Source: Eledone cirrhosa
Lineage: Eukaryota
DNA length: 64,000 nt
Reading direction: 5' to 3'
Assembly: GCA_964016885.1 (NCBI GenBank)
Contig: OZ024747.1
Coordinates: 64,046,001-64,110,000, forward strand
Part shown: in pieces, positions 58,528 through 64,000 of the stretch
How the letters are laid out: every line of letters starts with the position of its first letter
Numbering within the stretch: position 1 is the first letter of the stretch
The notes under the pieces: generated by a model
Database searches by the model: none
What the model saw: only the letters and a program-made list of their open reading frames with translations
Told to the model about the DNA's origin: nothing
Position numbers and translations under genes: made by a program

Positions 58528-58532
<5 letters not shown>
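58210..58532 (+). mobile_element. Family C fold-back element with near-perfect arms of about 135 bp
   Basis: 58210-58346 pairs with 58354-58491, followed by the shared tail. Confidence 0.8.
58378..58415 (+). ncRNA. Minimal type I hammerhead, U3-A8 variant with palindromic stem III (mirror copy at 58285-58322 -)
   Basis: CCTT TTGAAAA GCAG-aagaa-CTGC GAAA CCGG T A AAGG, with a GUA triplet. Confidence 0.75.
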
Positions 58533-58594
<62 letters not shown>

Positions 58595-58881
58595 AAGGTT
58601 AAAGAAGGTTCAATGTATAAATCAAAGAATAAAGTTTTTTCTTCTTTCTTCAATAATTTAAATTATTTGAATCTCTAACAGCTATGTAAGTTTGTATTAT
58701 ATTAGTAGTTGTTTATTATTATGTATCTTTATAAGCTTTCTCACACGCATCCTCTGTATTATATGTAATTTTTTCATGTCTCAATCTTAAGGTGTATAAA
58801 TATTGAGTTTTGTCATATCTTATTCACTGCCATGACTGAATTTTAACCATCTACTTAGTCAGGGTATGTCATGCATCATCT

Positions 58882-58948
58882 TATTTTATTTGGTGAAGAC
58901 GTACTGTTGAAGATAGCTCAGTACATCTGAAATATGTATAATAAAATA
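58882..58948 (+). ncRNA. Decayed type I hammerhead fold
   Basis: Stem I TATTTTAT/ATAAAATA, core TTGGTGA (two changes from CTGATGA), stem II AGAcGTACTG/CAGTACaTCT, GAAA, stem III ATA-tg-TAT and triplet AUA. Confidence 0.6.
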
Positions 58949-59430
58949 TACTTGATCACGCGAATGTCTATTTTTGTTAATATTTTGAATTAATATATAT
59001 ATATAGTAATAATAATAAATGTGAAGACTAAAATTCGAAGAGAGCTCGATAAGGATAATATATATATAAAGATATATGAAAAAAAACATAGAGCAAATAT
59101 TTATTAAAATAACAGATTGAAGTTCAAGCAAAGAATCGATTCACACACATATATATATACATATATACATATGCACATATACATATATATATGTATATAT
59201 ATATATATGTATATATGTGTATATATATATATACATATGTAAAGAATGGATCTCCGTCGGTTGTAGAAATTATTATTCCAGTTTCTCGTTCATTGAGATA
59301 TGTATGCAATTCACAGAGTAGTTATCTCAATGAACTAAACACTGGAATAATAATCTCTGCAACCGACGGAGATCCATTCTTTTTTATGAATGCACATTTG
59401 CACAATACGATTCTCGCTAATCTATATTTG

Positions 59431-59479
<49 letters not shown>

Positions 59480-59677
59480 GCATATGGTTTTCTGTTAGCA
59501 TGTGTAGTGTGCATATTGATATTATACGCAAGTATATATGCATGTAGATATGATAAATCAAATATAATAGTAATTGACAATATACACAGAAGTTGAACGA
59601 AGAGTGCGTTATATATTTAATCAAGAATAACGAAATTTAGTAGATAAATTATGTAATATTCATTCATTATTTATTCA

Positions 59678-59870
59678 GGGCGGTGGATTGGCATATCGGT
59701 AGAGGTTCGGACGCCATGCTTTGACGCATAGAGTTACGGCCCTTTCTATTCTGAGTTCAAATACCGCCGAGGTCAACTTTGCCTTTCATCCTTACGGGGT
59801 CGATAAAATAAAGTACAAGTAATGTGCTGGGTAATTGCTGGCCTTGTGCCAAAAGTAGAAACAATTATTT
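59678..59870 (+). mobile_element. Full-length SINE nested in a Helitron-like element, with a 12-bp TSD
   Basis: TSD attatttattca at 59666-59677 and 59864-59875. Confidence 0.9.
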
Positions 59871-59956
59871 ATTCAAAGTAATCCAACTTATTTTACTAAC
59901 GGGATAAAAAAAAACTATATTCTGGACGCAGTCCCGCACTCCTTACTTTATTATAG

Positions 59957-60004
<48 letters not shown>

Positions 60005-60189
60005 ACATACATACATACATACATATATACATATATGTATATATATATATATATATTTGCATGCGTGTGTATACATATAATGATACAAGCGCATATATTG
60101 TTAACCAATCTAACATTGAATCTTCTTTCAACCTCTCAGTCACAATATATTATGTGTATTACTAGATGTAGTAAATCATAATTAGACGC

Positions 60190-60430
60190 TAGTTAGTAGT
60201 AGAGAATTCTGGTGTGCTTGGTTCCTCGACCACACTTCTATGCACTGCAATTATGGTGATGGTGCCACACGTAGGAGCAAGCCCCACATGTTGGGATGGC
60301 TATTCCAACGCGTCTCCACAACCACTATCTGGAGCAACTCTTTCAGCATTCTGCCTTCTGCAACCACGAGATGGCTGCACACGGGTTCCGATACACCAGG
60401 GAACTGCCCCCCACCCTCACCGTCCGGGGC
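60190..60430 (+). mobile_element. Second CRE-like retrotransposon 3' fragment, frameshifted
   Basis: VVENSGVLG, then ATRRSKPHMLGWLFQRVSTTTIWSNSFSIL in another frame, parallels the peptide at 44140-44460. Confidence 0.55.
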
Positions 60431-61625
60431 CTTGTTATTTTGGTGTTGATATGACAGTACTGCATTTTTTCTGTCATTTTGTCTCCCAATTTATAAGAAA
60501 TTGTTTTTTAATTAATTAATAGACGAACATCAAAGAAATAAACTAGGAAGTCGACTTCACGTATTGCTTTTTAATCTTATATACTTTGACTCAATGATTG
60601 GTGTATTGCAAACAGTTGATATTAGTTTATTCTCACATTAGTCATGCTTTCGTGTTATGTCCTACTGCGTGGTACTTTCTACATGTTTCTTGTATATTAC
60701 CGTCAGCTTGAACAATGTCTGATGATTGAAATTTGGCAGACAGACACTTCAGACGCCCGTGGTCGTCACATATAACAATTTTCCCAGAGATGGCGACGTG
60801 AATAGAACTGTTTTTTCTAAAAAAAAAAAACATTCTTTTTCGTTTCTGCCACTGCCCGTCTCCTCAATATTTCTTTTTTTCTTCTTTAATTTCTCTTTCG
60901 TTCTTCTGATGAAAGACGAGCGCCCAAAACATTAAGACTCTTTTCCTGCTTATCAAGAGTAAAACTAATAATATATTTCACCATTGTATCGTTGGCTTTG
61001 TTATTACTATTTGCATTTTGCATATATATATATATATATAATATATATATAAATATATGCTAATGGCAGACAGTAACAACAAGTGAGTGAGTGAGTGAGT
61101 GAGTGAGCGTGTGTGTTTGTGTTTGAGTATGTGTTTGTGTTTGTGTGTGTATGTGTGTGTGTGTGTGTGAGTTGTCAATATATCGGTGTCGTTGCACACG
61201 TCTGTGGGTTTATGTAACATAATGTCTCGCCAAGAAGAAATCGTTGCCGAAAGTAATATGACTAAACCCTTTCGATGCAGCATGATCACACACTGATAAA
61301 TAAAACAATTAAATAGATCCTATGACCATAGTGAGGAGGTTACAGCCATAGCAAACCAGTCTGATTGCACAAGAGCTGTCTTATCCAATGTAAGCTTCAT
61401 TCTAACATTTTAGGATTATGATTTGACGTAAATTTTACTGAATCTTTTGCAGTTACAAACACATACGTTCACACATTCCTGCATGCATATATGTATACCT
61501 ACCTATATACCTACCTGCGTTTTTACATATCTATCTGTCTACCAACCTATCTACTTTTATACTTGCATACAAACATATGTACGCACATTCTTACGAATGT
61601 ACATATGTATATATACACACACACG

Positions 61626-61671
<46 letters not shown>

Positions 61672-62061
61672 TTAATAAGGTAATGAATTCTTTTATACAG
61701 ATGTGTTGGTATCTGTGTTTCATCACATACATATTAATTTATATATACATATATATATTTATACATATACATATATACATACATATATATGTACGTATAT
61801 ATATATGTACATACACACACACATATGTGTATATAAGTACATACATATATATGTACACACACCCACACACACATATATAGACATGCACATATATACATAC
61901 ATATATACATACACATATATCTATATATATATACACCCATATGCATACATACATATATACATATATATATATATACATATATACATACATATATATATAT
62001 ATGCACTCATCTACATATCGATTTATCCACCCATCCATAAACTATTATTTAATATTCTTAT

Positions 62062-62250
62062 GGTGGATTGGCAGTATTTGTGGAGGGTCAGACGCCATGC
62101 TTTGATGCATAGAGTTACGGCCCTTGCCATTCTGAGTTCAAATCCCGCCGAGATTAACTTTGCCTTTCATCCTTACGGGGTCGATAAAATAAAGTACCAG
62201 TAATACACTGAGTAATTGCTGGCCTTGTGCCAAGAGTAGAAACAATTATT
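62062..62250 (+). mobile_element. SINE with an 18-bp TSD
   Basis: TSD attatttaatattcttat at 62044-62061 and 62245-62262. Confidence 0.9.
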
Positions 62251-62309
62251 TAATATTCTTATAAACAACTTCAATAACATTTCTTTTCTCCTTGTAAAAC
62301 AAAAGTAAT

Positions 62310-63090
62310 CCTTCTACCTCCCCTTCAGTCTCCCCTCCTCCACCCTCTACTCCCTCCCCCCTCCATCCTCTCCTCCTCCCCCTCCCCCTCCTCCCTCTCC
62401 TACTCTTCCCCATCCATCCTCTCCTCCTCCTCCTCCTCCCCCTGCACCCCAGCTTCAGTCTCCCCTCCTCACCCTCTCCTCAGCTTCCTCCTCCTCCTCC
62501 ACCCCATCTTCAGTCTCCCCTCCTCCACCTCCCCTTCAGTCTCACCTCCTCCACCCTCTCCTCCTCCACCCCCATCATTCTCCCCTCCTCCACCCTCTCC
62601 TCATCTTCCTCCTCCCCCTCTCCCCCTCCTCCCCATTCACCTTGCTCTACTCCCCATCTCATCCTTTCTCCTCTCCATCACATCTCATTCACCATCTCCT
62701 CCTCCACCTCCGCCTCTTCCATCTCCTCCTCCCATCCTCCACATCTCCACCATCCCCTCCACCTCAGCCTCCCTTCCTCCTCCTCCCATCCTCTACCATC
62801 CCCTCCACCTCAGCCTCCCTTCCTCCTCCTCTCATCCTCTACCATCTCCGCCGCCTCAGCCTCCCTTCCTCCACCACCTCCTCCACCTCAGCGTCCCCTT
62901 CCCTTCCCTTCCTCCACTCTCCACCGCCTATCCCATCATCTCCTCCTATCCCCCACTTCCTTCCCCACCTCCCATCCTATACTGCCTCTTCTACCATCTC
63001 CCCCCCTACATCCCCCACCCTTCCCCCTACCGCCTCCTCTTCCTCCTACTACCCCCCTCCCACAGGCCACTTCCTCACAGCCTCCCATCA
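62310..63090. repeat. C-rich polypyrimidine low-complexity tract of about 780 bp
   Basis: It is built from (CCT)n, CTCCCC and recurring cttcagtctcccctcctccacc units, with very few G. Confidence 0.9.
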
Positions 63091-64000
63091 CAGTGAAATA
63101 GGTTACCAAATGTTTGTTAATTCAAAGAATTACTTGAGATCAGCAGACGTAAGTAACATTTGCTACACACAGAAAGCAATTCCAGGATTACAACACAACT
63201 TAAGGAATCGAACGAAAACCGATCAATCCATTAGACTGATTAGAATAAAAACTATACATAAAATGATGGATCTATTACTGGCCGTGACTCCCTAATGTAA
63301 CAACAATGACAATAATAACAATAATAATAAAACAGCAACAATAACAACAACAACAATTATGGTAATGATGAAGCAAATGTAAGTAAACCATAATGTAAAA
63401 TGGCTTGTATGTAGTTGTATGTTATCTTTGGAAAACTCATTTTGTCTTGTTTATATATATATAGTTTTTGTGTATAAATAAATATAAATATATACATATA
63501 TATATAAATATAAATAAATATATGTATATATAAATATATAAATATATGTAGATATATATATATAAATATATAAATATATAAATATAGTGTATTGTTTCGG
63601 GATCTCTTGTTTCATCAGTTTTATCATATGCAGCAAAGTTACACGTTTTTTAGTATTTTATTTCGTAGTTATTTATCGTAAATCCCATTACAGAAAACAT
63701 ACAATATTGTAAATGTAATATCCATTGTTTGTAGAATTTTTTTGACGTCAATAAAATAACAAAATATTTATATATATGTATATATATCTATTGAAGAATG
63801 TTTTCATGATCTAACTATTTATCCATCAATCCTGTTATCTTTATATTCATACATCAACCAACCCTTTCATTTATACGAAAACATCCATACGTGTTTCTCG
63901 GGAATCAATGGTGAGTTAGTTAATCTAACTATGTGTATGTTTGTCTGTTTGTCTCTCTAAGTGAAGGTACGTGACTAAGTACTTAGTGAACTGAGATCAA

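Noticed and set aside
60714-60745. CTGATGA-tt-GAAA hammerhead-like core
   Set aside because: There is no room for stem II and no stem III or cleavage triplet.
60902-60937. Possible decayed minimal hammerhead (TCTT CTGATGA ... AAAA CATT AAGA)
   Set aside because: GAAA and stem II are both broken. It is a plausible relic but too degraded to call.
62642-63295. 217-aa Pro/Ser-rich ORF
   Set aside because: It arises from the C-rich low-complexity tract and shows no domain or splice support.

Overview
AT-rich eukaryotic DNA dense in (TA)n microsatellites, most likely from an octopus or other coleoid cephalopod (inferred from the SINE and repeat content). Nearly all listed ORFs are poly-IY/CV translations of microsatellites. 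The one real gene is the 3' three exons (24977-25086, 22070-22599, 4548-5065, minus strand, about 385 aa) of an intron-containing, cation-type Cys-loop receptor of the nicotinic acetylcholine receptor family. It lacks the loop C vicinal cysteines and the loop A tyrosine; its 5' exons were not found. The rest is intron and flank filled with about 20 tRNA-derived SINEs, RTE/RTE-X, CR1, L1/Tx1 and CRE-like LINE fragments, non-autonomous Helitrons and a MITE. The most striking feature is a dense set of short elements inserted in (TA)n tracts. Several unrelated families of these carry type I hammerhead ribozyme folds (canonical, U3-A8 and U4A core variants), and most end in a fold-back inverted duplication. 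This resembles non-autonomous Penelope-like/retrozyme elements, and the same snap-back signature also appears on SINE copies. All structures were read by eye; none were confirmed by computation.
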